Below, piece by piece: positions 10,601 through 21,700 of a stretch of DNA of 64,000 bases. The number at the start of each line of letters is the position of its first letter. Position 1 is the stretch's first letter. Source of the DNA: Amoebophrya sp. A120 (Eukaryota > Protista > Dinoflagellata); NCBI GenBank assembly GCA_905178155.1, contig CAJINV010000012.1, positions 2,072,166 to 2,136,165 on the forward strand. Reading direction: 5' to 3'. A program made the translations under genes and the position numbers. The notes under the pieces were generated by a model, which was not told where the DNA came from, made no database searches, and saw nothing but the letters and a program-made list of their open reading frames with translations.

Positions 10601-13600
10601 GATGCCAATGCTTGTCCTTGCAGAATCCCAGCGGCAAAACTGCTATCAAATGTAAAAGTGTCTGGGTCTGGAAGAATGCAACTTGTCATGCTAGTAAATC
10701 TGAAGCATGCAAAAATCTGTGTTGCGTGATTACCAAAAGTCGTCCAGTTTTGACCAAGTCGGGAGGCAGTTTCTCAAGCGGGATAGGCAGGAGAAAGATC
10801 GCACAGAATCTGTCATGCTAGGTCCTGCATTCCAGACCTCATCGGTCATGGAAAAGCTGCATGACAAGTCGCGCATTCTTCCAGACCCAGACATTTTTAC
10901 ATTTCATAACTGCCCAGTAAACTCGATTTTGACAGGTCGTAGACGGGCGGGCGAGTGAAATTGAAATTGAGATTGATCTGCTCGTCAGCATCATTGATGT
11001 TGTAGAAGTTCTGGTCAGCTCTAGAAGTACTCCCACCTCCAGCGGCCTTAACAGCTGCCGGCGTGGTCGTATTTTTTGCCTCCGCGACGTCTGGTCGAGG
11101 TCGAGCCCCACCTCTTGTTCCAAAGAACAATCTTCGCACCAAGCCTACTCGCGAGGTGGACTTGCGTTCTTTGAGAAGCAATTGGCGCAATTCCGTCACG
11201 GTTAAGCCTCCGGAAAACCGGATCAGCCGCGCGTTGTGCGCGGCACGATTGTTATTGTGTAGTTCTTCTTGTTGAGTGTCAATAGAAGTAGTTGCACCAG
11301 CAACATCTTCGAAGTGGCTGCGTCGTGCTGCGACGTTGTTCCTGCTGTAGCTGTCCTGCCAAGTGGGGTCTTCTTCTTTCACAAGGGCAACATTGCGCAA
11401 AAACTCACGCTCAGCCATGAGAGTGGGCTCCTGGTGCGGCAGTGGATCATAATTATATGGATTTTCACGTAGTAGACCGCCGGCGTGGTCTACATCTTCA
11501 CCGTGCAGTTGTAGTTTGTCTGCAGGAGGAGGAAAATTCCCCTGATCTTCCAACCGAATCTTATGCAATGCAAATATGTCATCCTCTGGGCGGTCTGAAA
11601 TCCTATGCAAGATTTGCCATGCTTGTCTGGCACGACCCTGAGGTCTGTGATGCACACACACACACACGAACAGCCCCTGCTCTTGCCTGTTATGTTGCAA
11701 AAACGCCATTTATTCTTATTGCCAGGCGGAATACGAAACACGTAGCAGGAGCTGAAAAATGTTGCCATGCGTGACTGCCCACTCCAGGAGCTGCGCGCCC
11801 TTCAATCGCAGACTTGCATTATACAGTTTTCCAGATCCAGACATATTTGTATTTGATAACTCTCGGCCCCGTACAAAAGCTTCGCCACGGTCCAGGACCC
11901 ACCCGAAGAACCAGTCAGGTACTATCCTATGTAAGAACGTCCCCACGAGGACCCCACAGTTGTCAAGTTGGAAACTCAGCAACGCAATAAATCCAGAAGT
12001 AGTTTTGGGCGTTACGCATGACAGATTTTGCGCTGTACTATTGTGTTGCAGGTTAGCTGCAAGGACAGCCGCATCACAAAGAAATCCATCTTCCACCTAT
12101 CGTGCTGTTTATGTACTACAGCACTACAATTGCGGCCAATAAAGAACGACTGTGAACGCCTCGCAAGAACATTGGGATGCGTATTACAAGTGTTCCTGGT
12201 CGTCCTCCGATTGGCGATTGCAAATTATCTGCATGACGAACAACTCTGGGAGGGCTATGGACCACGTCTTTGTTGAGGATAGGTACTCGGGCCACTTCCC
12301 TTCGATAGTGGAGTTGACAGCAGCACGACGAGGACCAGCACCACCGGTATTGTTTACATCATTGTCGTCGTCTTCAACTTCTCCACCACTGCCACTAGCC
12401 AGCGTGGTGAACAAAGCCTGAGCAAACCCGATCCCGGTTAAGTGCATCCGATACCCGCCGCCAGCAATACAGACGGCCGTAATTGGGTGCGGTTCGCCCT
12501 GATACAGGAGTTTGAAAGAAGTGTTTATTGTCCTTGTTGTTTTGGCGCGAGCAGTAGTAGTCCCACTGTCATCAACATCAACACCCGAAGATGTTGAAGT
12601 CGTCACCAACTGCACCTCTTCATCTGCGGCAAACGGCTCGGTTGTGCCGGTAAGGGTCAGATACTGGTGTGCAGCAAAACTACCTGCCACAGGAGGTGGA
12701 GGCTCGGCAACTCCACGTGGTCCCCCAGATTTTATGTCATCAACAAGCGGGGGTGGACTCGCTCGGTACACGTATTCGTACCGGAAAGTAACCACGGAGG
12801 AGGAAGTCCACAGAAAAGACGAATCTACTTCTCGTACTCGTTCCGCGGCCGATAATGTTGAAGATCGCGCCCCCACATCATGATCCAGCTGATCTAGTTG
12901 ACTTATAACTTGGCAACCTGTCAGCTTCACGTCTTGCTCCATGAGTACTTCTACCTTTGATTTCGTCATATTATGGTCCTCGTCGTGCACATCGTGCAGC
13001 ACAACTGTCTGCACTGGCACATTCTGGATACGTGCGTGGTAGAAGAGCGGAGGTTCTTCGTCATCTTCTTCTTCTTGTTCAAAATGATCTACCTCGCCTT
13101 CATCAACAAGAAACGTGGCGCGGCGTTCGCCATCACTTCGACTTCTGTCGTTGTTCAATTCTCTCCTTTATGCATTGCAAAAGTATCGTGCTCGTAGTAA
13201 GTGTTGCAATACAAGTTAGCTCAGCATGACAAATGGAATTTCTCATGCTGATTTAGCTTGAAGAAGAAATTTGTCTTGCATGACTGCGATTAGTACCAGT
13301 ACGATACTTGTTTTGCACAGGATATCCTTCTTTATAGGCTCTCGGAAATTCATGTGAGAGTCCATTTCTGAAAATTTAAAATTCGCAAACTTCGAAACCC
13401 TCTGCGAATCTTATAACACGCGCCCAAAACCCGGCCCCGGCGAACCCCATTCAGCTTCCAAAGTCAACAAGGCCCCGAAAAGGGGGCTTCGAGAACTCTG
13501 AAAGATACGCGCCGTTTTTCTTCCAGAACTCTGGAGCTTCTCTTTTGTGGACTTCGAACAAGCCGGCCCTCGATCCGGAGCCGCTTGATCCCCGAACGCC

Positions 13601-16600
13601 GAGGTTGGCTCCATTGCCTAGTCCATGAGGTGCCCACCACGGCTTTGAGGTTCCGAAGCCAACAAATTCGACACACATGAATTTCTCAGGCTCTGAAAGA
13701 AAAACGGCGTCTTTCTTTCAGAGCCTGAGAAATTCATGTGTGTAAATGTTGAGCCAATCCCCTTCCATCAAAAGGGCGGCTGGTCGCCGGCCGTCTGGGC
13801 TGGCTTGATTGCCAGCTCCGGATCACGGCGGCCAAAGGTTCAATCTTTTCAAGTAATCAAATCTGACACACATGAATTTCTCAGGCTCTAAAAGAAAAAC
13901 GGCGTTTTTCTTCTAGAGCATGAGAAATTCATGTGTGTAAATGTTGAGCCAATCCCCTTCCATCAAAAGGGCGGCTGGTCGCCGGCCGTCTGGGCTGGCT
14001 TGATTGCCAGCTCCGGATCACGGCGGCCAAAGGTTCAACTTTTTCAACAAATCGAATTTGACACACATGAATTTCTCAGGCTTTAAAAGAAAAACGGCGT
14101 TTTTCTTCTACAGCCTGAGAAATTCATGTGTGTAAATGTTGAACCAATCCGCTTTCGCCAACAAGGCGGTTGGTCGCCGACCGTCGGGGCTGGCTTGATT
14201 GCCAGCTCCGGATCACGGCGGCCAAAGGTTGAACTTTTTGAAGAAATCGAATTTGACACACATGAATTTCTCAGGCTCTAAAAGAAAAACGCCGCTTTTC
14301 TTTTAGAGCCTGAGAAATTCAAGTGTGTAAATGCCTTTCGCCGGCCCCCGGCTGGTGAAAATCCCCATTGGTAACTGAAACATTTTTCAGCTACCAATGG
14401 GGATTTTCACCACTCGGTGAGTGGCGAAAGCGCTTTCGCCACTCACCGAGTGGCGAAAATCCCCATTGGTAACTGAAAAGCTTTTCAGTTACCAATGAGG
14501 ATTTTCACCTCTAGGTGAGAGGCGACAGCGCTTTCGCCTCTCACCTAGAGGTGAAAATGCCCATTGTAAACTGAAAATCTATTCGCCACTGACGAAGGCG
14601 ACTCCTCCTGGTGGAAATTAATTCAAGTGTGAAAATTTGTTGGGGCTGTTATTGGTCTCGAAAAACGAGTCGCTTTCAGCACTCTTTTTTTTGCTACCCC
14701 CGATGGGTAACAATTCAAGTGTGAAAATTTAAAAGAGTCACTGGAACGACTCACTGCAATGACTCTTTCAATAGAGTCTCAACTATTTCTCTTCATAATT
14801 AAATTTACGCACTTGAATTTACTGTCTTTTAAATTTACGCACTTGAATTTGTTGCCAATGGCAATAAATTCAAGTGCGTAAATTTAAAAGACTCCTTCGA
14901 AGGAGTCCTTGCAAGGAGTCCCTGCCTGGACTCATTGCAAGGTGTAGCCGGAAGAGTCGAACGCAAATCCAAAACGAAAACGATTCATCCCCAACAATTT
15001 GCACTAGCGCCAGCAGATGTCCCAACTACCTCCTCCCCCAACCCCCGCTACCTCCCCTGGGGCCCGAGCCTTCTCCTTCCCAACCCGGACCACCTCCTCT
15101 ACAAGTTCAGCCGCCTACTCCCGGAGCCAGGTCTTCTCCTGTGGGCCCCGGCCCCCTTCACGCGGAACCCAGACCACTTCTTCCACAGCCCAAGCGCCCT
15201 CATCCGGAGCCTGGACCCCCTCCTTCCAAACCTCCGCCACATTCTTCGGAACCCAGGCGCCCCTCGTCCCAACCCGGAAACGGCCCCGGCCCTCCCGCTG
15301 CTTTCTTCTAAATGGCCAGACCCGAGGCGCTTCAGCTTTGAAGGCAAAGCCCATCGCCCCCTTCTGAGCTGAGGCCGCTCAACCCTTGCAGACCTACCTG
15401 CCCCAGAGGCCGAAGCGGGAGGAGCCTGCCTATGCTGGCATCCACGTGGGGCCGTGTCATTTGTCTCGCCTCGAGCCACCTCGCAGTCGGGGGCGGGTTT
15501 TACAAAAATGGCCGGAGTTGAGGCGCTTCACTTCACGAAGGGCAACCAGCTTGCCGAACCACGGCGAAGGCGCTCAGCTTTGTTGGCTTTGCTTGTCCAC
15601 GGCCCGAAACCTCTTGCGCCCTGGCCTATGCGAAGCCGGGCGCGGACCTAATGCCCTTCCTTTTCCGAGCTGGCCCTAGCGTGGCGCCACATCGACGACG
15701 ACTTAAAACACCCCACAAGAGAATGCCTGGAGGGCGCCGGAAGGAGGGCTCGGGCAGCCACCTTCCGGCAAAGCCTTGCAGCTACACACCGCGAGGGGAC
15801 CACAGAGCGCACCCCCTGAAAACCGGAGCCGGGCCCCTCACTATTCAGAACATGCCCTAAAGTGGTTCGCAACGCACTCCACTCAGCTGGTTTCTTAGCC
15901 ACAATCTTCATAGTGCCAGTGCCGATCGTGAATGCTTGCCGTCTGTAGAGGTGTCGCTCTGCCACTCAGAGGGGCGAACTACAGACGCTCCCGGCGGCCA
16001 GAACCCCTATGCCCTGCCCCCAAATCGCGGCCCCCGATGGCCGACAAAACCGCCGAAAACCGAAAACACGCAGAGCCACCAAACTGAGCCGAAACACCTA
16101 AGACCGAGAAACACAAGCCGGCGACCAGTGCAACTGCTCCAGTTTTTTCTTCGGGCAAAGGCCCCAACGTGGGCGGCAGGCCTGTGCCCGGGCGACGACC
16201 ACAACAGAGCAGGATGCCAGGAGTGAGGTCATAACCCAGAGGGCCGAAGCGCTTAACGTGCGAAATAAAAAGCGCGGCGCCGGCGCTGCCGTCGCTACTT
16301 CTTGCAGAACTGTAGCGGTTCGACTCTGGCAGCAGCTCCGTGGCTGGGCAACTTGCACAAGCAAAGGAGGCGCGCAATGTTTTGCCATTGGCGCTATTCG
16401 AAAACTGCGAAATTTAAATTTTCGAACATGGTACTAGACATGAATTTCTCTGAGCCCATATTCTTGTTCCAGCACCCGAGGCCGGGTTGTAAAAGTTCAC
16501 ACGTTATCAAGTGCAAATATGTCTGGGTCTGGAATAAACTTGTGATGCATGTGAGTGAACAGAAAGCGCGCTGTAATGCACCGCCAAGCATGACAGATTT

Positions 16601-17035
16601 TCTCGTGCTGGCACTGTGTTGCGTATTCCGCATGAGAAACATGGTTTTTGCATGACAGACAAGAGGAGGTGGTCTTCCGATGGCCCTACGCAATACAGAG
16701 TTCTGAGTCATGCCAAACTAGCATGAGAAATCTTGCAATCTTCCAGACCCAGACATATTTGCCATGCATACACGTGCGCAGAGCTCGGCAAAGGTCAGTG
16801 GTGGAGCTGAGCTGCGAGAAGAAACTTCATCTTCCTTCACCTTCAGAGCTGACGCTGACCGAGAAAAAACTTCGTCTTCCTTTACCTTCAGAGCGGCCAC
16901 AGCACACCAGGCCCAGCCTGCCGTTCCGTAGGACCGCTTAATTATCTGCAGATTATCCAGGACGTCGGTCAGGAAGCCCTGCAAGAGCAGCAGAGCGCAG
17001 CTCAGGAACTGCCGCTGCTGGTGGGAAAAGAACAT
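7645..17035 (-). CDS. cPLA2/lysophospholipase (patatin-fold) phospholipase, paralogue 1, with N-terminal hydrophobic signal; interrupted by 9 elements
   Basis: Reconstructed splice gives AVCIAGGGYR (oxyanion loop), YLTGSSGGSW (GxSGG nucleophile) and YMDGAYLDN (catalytic Asp); collinear with 18767-24106. Confidence 0.75.
7900..8299. mobile_element. Introner-like element, family A (degenerate)
   Basis: DR AACAC/AACAC; removal joins CGNSV|FPNGF as in paralogue 2. Confidence 0.8.
9453..9771. mobile_element. Introner-like element, family H
   Basis: TIR TATGGGAGCGTCAGGATCGAAGTCGA; DR CGCGT/CGCAT. Confidence 0.85.
10042..10384. mobile_element. Introner-like element, family E (degenerate)
   Basis: DR AAACA/AAATA; removal gives HKYGY|LPLSFYR, matching paralogue 2. 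Confidence 0.8.
10644..10908. mobile_element. Introner-like element, family A
   Basis: TIR TATCAAATGTAAAAGTGTCTGGGTCTGGAAG; DR ACTGC/ACTGC. Confidence 0.9.
11562..11858. mobile_element. Introner-like element, family A (degenerate)
   Basis: DR AATCT/ACTCT; same codon position as family B element 21937-22088 in paralogue 2. Confidence 0.8.
11923..12281. mobile_element. Introner-like element, family F
   Basis: TATCCTATGTAAGAACGTCCCCAC...GAGGATA; DR GGTAC/GGTAC. Confidence 0.85.
13169..13324. mobile_element. Introner-like element, family B
   Basis: TIR TATGCATTGCAAAAGTATCG; DR TCCTT/TCCTT. Confidence 0.9.
13670..14330. repeat. 195-bp tandem repeat (units start 13670, 13865, 14060, 14255), each with an approximately 73-bp hairpin
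   Basis: ACACACATGAATTTCTCAGGCTCT...AGAGCCTGAGAAATTCATGTGTGT repeated. Confidence 0.9.
14354..14580. repeat. Array of alternating palindromes (about 98-bp period)
   Basis: GGTGAAAATCCCCATTGG...CCAATGGGGATTTTCACC alternates with ACTCGGTGAGTGGCGAAAGC|GCTTTCGCCACTCACCGAGT. Confidence 0.9.
16505..16770. mobile_element. Introner-like element, family A
   Basis: Family A TIRs; DR CACGT/CACGT. Confidence 0.9.
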
Positions 17036-18766
17036 TTTGATGATACGAAATTGTACTTCTGCCGCCTCTTATTTCCAAGGCCAGCAGCTTACAACATTAG
17101 TTTTCAAGTGCTGGTATATATGAGAGTGGTCCAGGAGTGTGCTGGACGTGGTAGAAGAAGAACAAAAGTGAGCAGGAAGGACGGTCTAAAAAGGTAACTT
17201 CGAGTCGTTCAGATTGCAATCAAAATCATCAGTGCGGTTTACTATGGATTGGTGGCGAAGCTGTTGGTGCTCTTGTGGGGAAGTCGTTCTAAGTCTAATA
17301 CCTTCGCGCAGTACGTATTGCATTCTTGAAATTTACTTTATTGTGTCGACCACCTGTACTAGTAAGGACCGATTGTTTACCTTCGACTCCATGCGGTCGC
17401 GGGAACCGAAACTTCTGCGACAAAAAATCACCTCCTGGTTGTGGTTATTTTCTACCTCGAAGCTGCTAGGCTTCTCGTACGATTTTTCTGTTCTTGCGGC
17501 ACCTTCTATCTTCGGACAGAGGACACTTCTACACCGATGCGGGCAATTGAAGATTAACAACTGCATTTTTCATTGACAAAAAGAAAAAAGCTCTTTATTT
17601 CCGACTGACAAACCGAAACTATGCCGACAGCTGGTGCAAACTCCTGTTCTTATGCCTGGCATCTTCGTTCAACTTCAATGGAAACAAGCCATGCAAGAAT
17701 TATACGGCCCGATACTCGTACGCAGCATAAAATGCGACACAAAGTGTGCCTGTATTGCAGAAGACGCAAGGGAGGCAGATTGTAGTGCTGTGAAGATGAG
17801 GGCTGAGATCATGGCGCATCAAGCAATTTTCTGAACTCAAACAAGACACGGACACGAATTGTCACAGTAGAGGTCGACAACTATGTTGAGATCTGGCAGT
17901 CTTTCATCTACTGCTGGCTTTCCTCGCGGCGTGCTTTGTTCTGTAGTACACAAGAAGATCCTTTACCATGAAATCATTATGCATGTAGAAGTCTCTAGGT
18001 GATGAAAATATACATGTTTTTTTTTCCTGGCAGTGGAAGCAGTCACGACACGCTGTGGACGAGAGCGAGAGTTCGGGGAATAGTTGTACTGTAGGGTAAA
18101 AAAATCACTTATCGTCAAAGAATACCGGGGTGGTCGGGTACACGTCGCCAAGACAGGGTGTAAACGGTCTACTTGTATTTGGTAATGGTAAATATGACTA
18201 AAGACTACGATGGACACCGCCTATTTTAGTACTCGTCAGCTTTTGACTAGCAAATCAAACTCAACGGAAAGGGCAGCTAGATATGTCCCCTGTCTTCCTG
18301 GTGAAGCGCATCAACCGTCCAATGCAATTTATGCATTGGTTATTTCGCATTCGCTACAGGAGTGTTCGCCAAATACAAATTGATGAAACAACAGATTTCT
18401 ACTGATGAAAAAAGCAAATGCTTTATAGGTCTCTTCTATTTCAAGTGCTCTACTAAATATCCTCATGCAACGCTTCGATTTCGTATCTTCATCTCTTTCA
18501 ATAATTTTTTCTATCGGTGATTTTGTCAAACGAGTTTTTTTCTCGGAATTATCCTACAAAGCAGATATAGCTGCAAAATCCTACAACTGAAACCTTTTTT
18601 GTATGATCATTAAAAATCAAAATTATCCAGGCATAAGAAAAGAAAATATACTTACTTATTTTGCAAAAAATCTTACATCCAGCGAGTTCGCACGCATTTG
18701 TTGAAAAGAGAGCTGCAGCTGGCGCACCATGCTGGAGATGTATAAATCAATTTCTATCTGTCCAAT

Positions 18767-21700
18767 TCACTCTCGTCCACCCCTGGAGGTCCTCTGCACC
18801 AGATCCACGAAGCCAGGCTGGCCCCACGCATTTTTTGCCACGTTCGCCCTCCAGTGATTCTGCCACACAGAAGAAGACGAGGACTTGTCGTCGTCTTTCA
18901 TCCCGTCCCTTTTCATTTTCATCTGCAAATGCCCGTCCCCGAGCGGAAAAAAGCGTCCAAGCTCGAAGTACAGGCGTCCACAGATTTCCGACCGCGGCTC
19001 CGAAACCATCGACCAAAACCCATTGGGAAAAACCCTGCTGCCGCAATGTTTTTGTGTGAAGGCCTTGCCGATTTTGGCGAGGTCTGATATTAATCCTCGC
19101 CGAGAAGTTGTAGCCCTCGAAGTGCCAGCATCAACTTCACGCACCAACCTCCCAACATACGCGTAAAATGCCTCCATCTCCGCCTCCTCTGCGTGCGCGC
19201 TGGCAAAGGTGACGGTCAAGATGCGGTTTTTCGGGATTTTGTAAAACTTGTTTGCCACCGTCCGCAGACGCATTGTGACGACGGGGAGTTTTTCGTTTTT
19301 GATCGGTACAGAAGAACCGCCTGTACCAAAATCATTTTCACTATCACTGCCTTGATGTTTGATATTCCTTTTCACACCCGCCAGCATGGCTTTCAGCACC
19401 GGCAGCAAGTCGGACGGCTTGAAAATTTGGCTCCGCCTCAGGTCAAAGGTGGTACTGTCCGTCTTCATGAAGCCAAAGAGGGAAAGGAAATCGAGCTCAT
19501 TGAAGAGGTAATCGCGAAGCACCAACGACTTTCTCCCGTCCACGAAATGCTTCGTGATTTCACCTTGCGTCAGCGTGTCGATGATGTTGCGAGCGCTTGA
19601 AGTTGATATTTCTTCATCACTATCGAAATAAACAGGCGGAGTTGATGTCCTCCTGTCTCTACTTCCAGAAGTAGTTCTTCTCCTTCTTTCCGCCGCTAAA
19701 CTCTCGAGTTCGTTTTCCAAAAACGAAACCGCTTTTTCCAATTGGAAAACCGTTGACTCCCCGCATTTCCAAAGGATCAGGCGGGATGCGTTGTTTTGCA
19801 AAGCAGGAAAAATTGCGGAATTGTCCAAGTACGCCCCGTCCATGTAGGAAGCCCATACCGGTGCAGTCCCTACTTTTGCGGCTTGTGATGCTGAAACTGC
19901 ATGATCACGACGTCGTCCACCAGTCGTGTCCTCATTCTTGAGCGGCATTCGGACGAGCTGCAACGGTGAGAAAAAGTGTCCGCCAACATTCCCCGGGCCA
20001 TTCGTACTAGCCGCGACCGCGTGGGCAACCGAGGGCACGCCGGGACGTCGCGTTTTTGTCTCTTGAAAATGCCTGCTCTATCAACTGTAAAAATGTCTGG
20101 GTCTGGAAGAATCCAACTTGTCACGCTGATTTTGGATTCTAAAAAAATCTGCATTGCATGAGCAGCAAAGAGAGTCCAAGTTTTGCTACACGGGAAGAGC
20201 CTTTGTCATGCGGTATAGGCATCAGGAAGCCCTCACAAAATCTGTGACGCTAGGGCATGCATCACAGACATCAGGAGTCATGCAAAATGTGCATGACAAG
20301 CCTGGCAATCTTCCAGACCCAGACATTTTTACATTTGATATGCTCCGGAAAAGCAAAACGCTTTTCACACGGTCGGAGAAGTTGGAGCGGTAGGTGGCGA
20401 AGTTCGAGGAAGTGTAGGGCTGCTTATCTACAAGAACTTCGTGTCGGAGTCGGACAGGACGACACGAGCCTGCTCCTCCGGAGGGACACGAATTAAAATT
20501 ATCGAACGCCTTGTCTTCTGGCACGGACACCGCGAAACCGTCTCGGTAGAAGGAAAGCAGCAAATATCTGTACTTGTGCAGCACGGAGTTCTTTGCCGTC
20601 GCTCGTTGCCATCCTATGCAACAAGAAAGAAACTGTGTAAATGAAAATGTCTGTGATGCAAGAAATGCATAACTGTATACGCTTGTCATGCTGGGTGTGC
20701 ATCATAGGCAACTTTCATACGTGTTTCCACGTGCTAGCTGCGCATGACAGGTTCTCCCTGTACTGCAAAGCGAATTTGTGATGCTGTTCTTCCTACAAAG
20801 TTACACTTACACAGTTTTTTTCCTGGATACATCCCTTGCTCCATTTACCGATCGAGGTGACGATGATCGGCTGCGTATCCTGTGTAAAAACATCCCCACC
20901 CCGACCCCAGAGTCAAGATGGGGATTTTGCAACACAAACCTGAAAGTTTTGGGAGCCACGCATGACAAGTTGCAGGCTGTAGTGTAATGCCGTTTCGCAA
21001 GGGAAGGCGCATAACAAATCCTTCTCCTTATCCTGTTGACAGCATTACAACTTCCAAAACACGATGGGAAATGCCTCTCATGGGGATGCGCATTATAAAT
21101 GCTCTTGTGCTTGCAGATCTGCATGACAACTCTGGTGTGGGTACGTTTTTACTCAGGATACTGCGGAGCGGTGGCGCCGAGGAGTTTGACGGGTGCGGTG
21201 TCTATCAGTGGCTCAAGGTCGTTTTCATCGTAATTAGTATCATTATTCCTTGTCTGCAGCAAATGTCGATTCCAATTCCTTTCCACCTTTGCCAGTGCTT
21301 GGCCCTGCAGAATCCCAGCGGCGAAGGTGCCCATTAAATTCGACTTCGATAGGTCGTAGACAGGAGGCAGAGTGGAATCGATTTCGGCCGCGGCGGGGCC
21401 CGTATTCTCAAGAGCATCAGGGATGATGATGTTGTTCTCGTCATCTGTAGTACTCTCGTCCACTCCAGCGGCCTCAACAACTCGCGAGGTAGTTTTATTT
21501 GCCCCGCCCGGGTCGTCTGAAGATCGACGCCCTCTTCCCAATGAAAATCTTCGCACCACGCCTAGTAATCGTGAAGACTTGCGTGTTTTGGAAAGCAATT
21601 GGCGCAATTCCGTCACGGTTAAGCCTCCGAAAAACCTGATCAGCATCGCGTTGCGCGCCGCACGGTTGTGATTGTGTAGTTCGTGAGTGTCAATGGAAGT

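Larger units (their letters stand above)
13333..16460. mobile_element. Giant (3128 bp) TIR element with introner-type ends
   Basis: About 64-bp imperfect TIRs (TATAGGCTCTCGGAAATTCATGT / TATGGGCTCAGAGAAATTCATGT); DR TTCTT/TTCTT; absent from paralogue 2; removal restores frame. Confidence 0.85.

Noticed and set aside
13670-14580. CRISPR-like array
   Set aside because: Spacers between hairpins are near-identical, units are 195 and 98 bp, no cas genes are present and the context is eukaryotic.
14874-16388. Pro/Arg/Gly-rich ORFs as the transposase of the giant element
   Set aside because: They are short, overlap in all frames and show no DDE, HUH or tyrosine-recombinase motif that I can recognise.
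16812-16893. 45-bp coding tandem duplication (ALKVKEDEV x2)
   Set aside because: Real but an ordinary slippage duplication in a variable N-terminal region.
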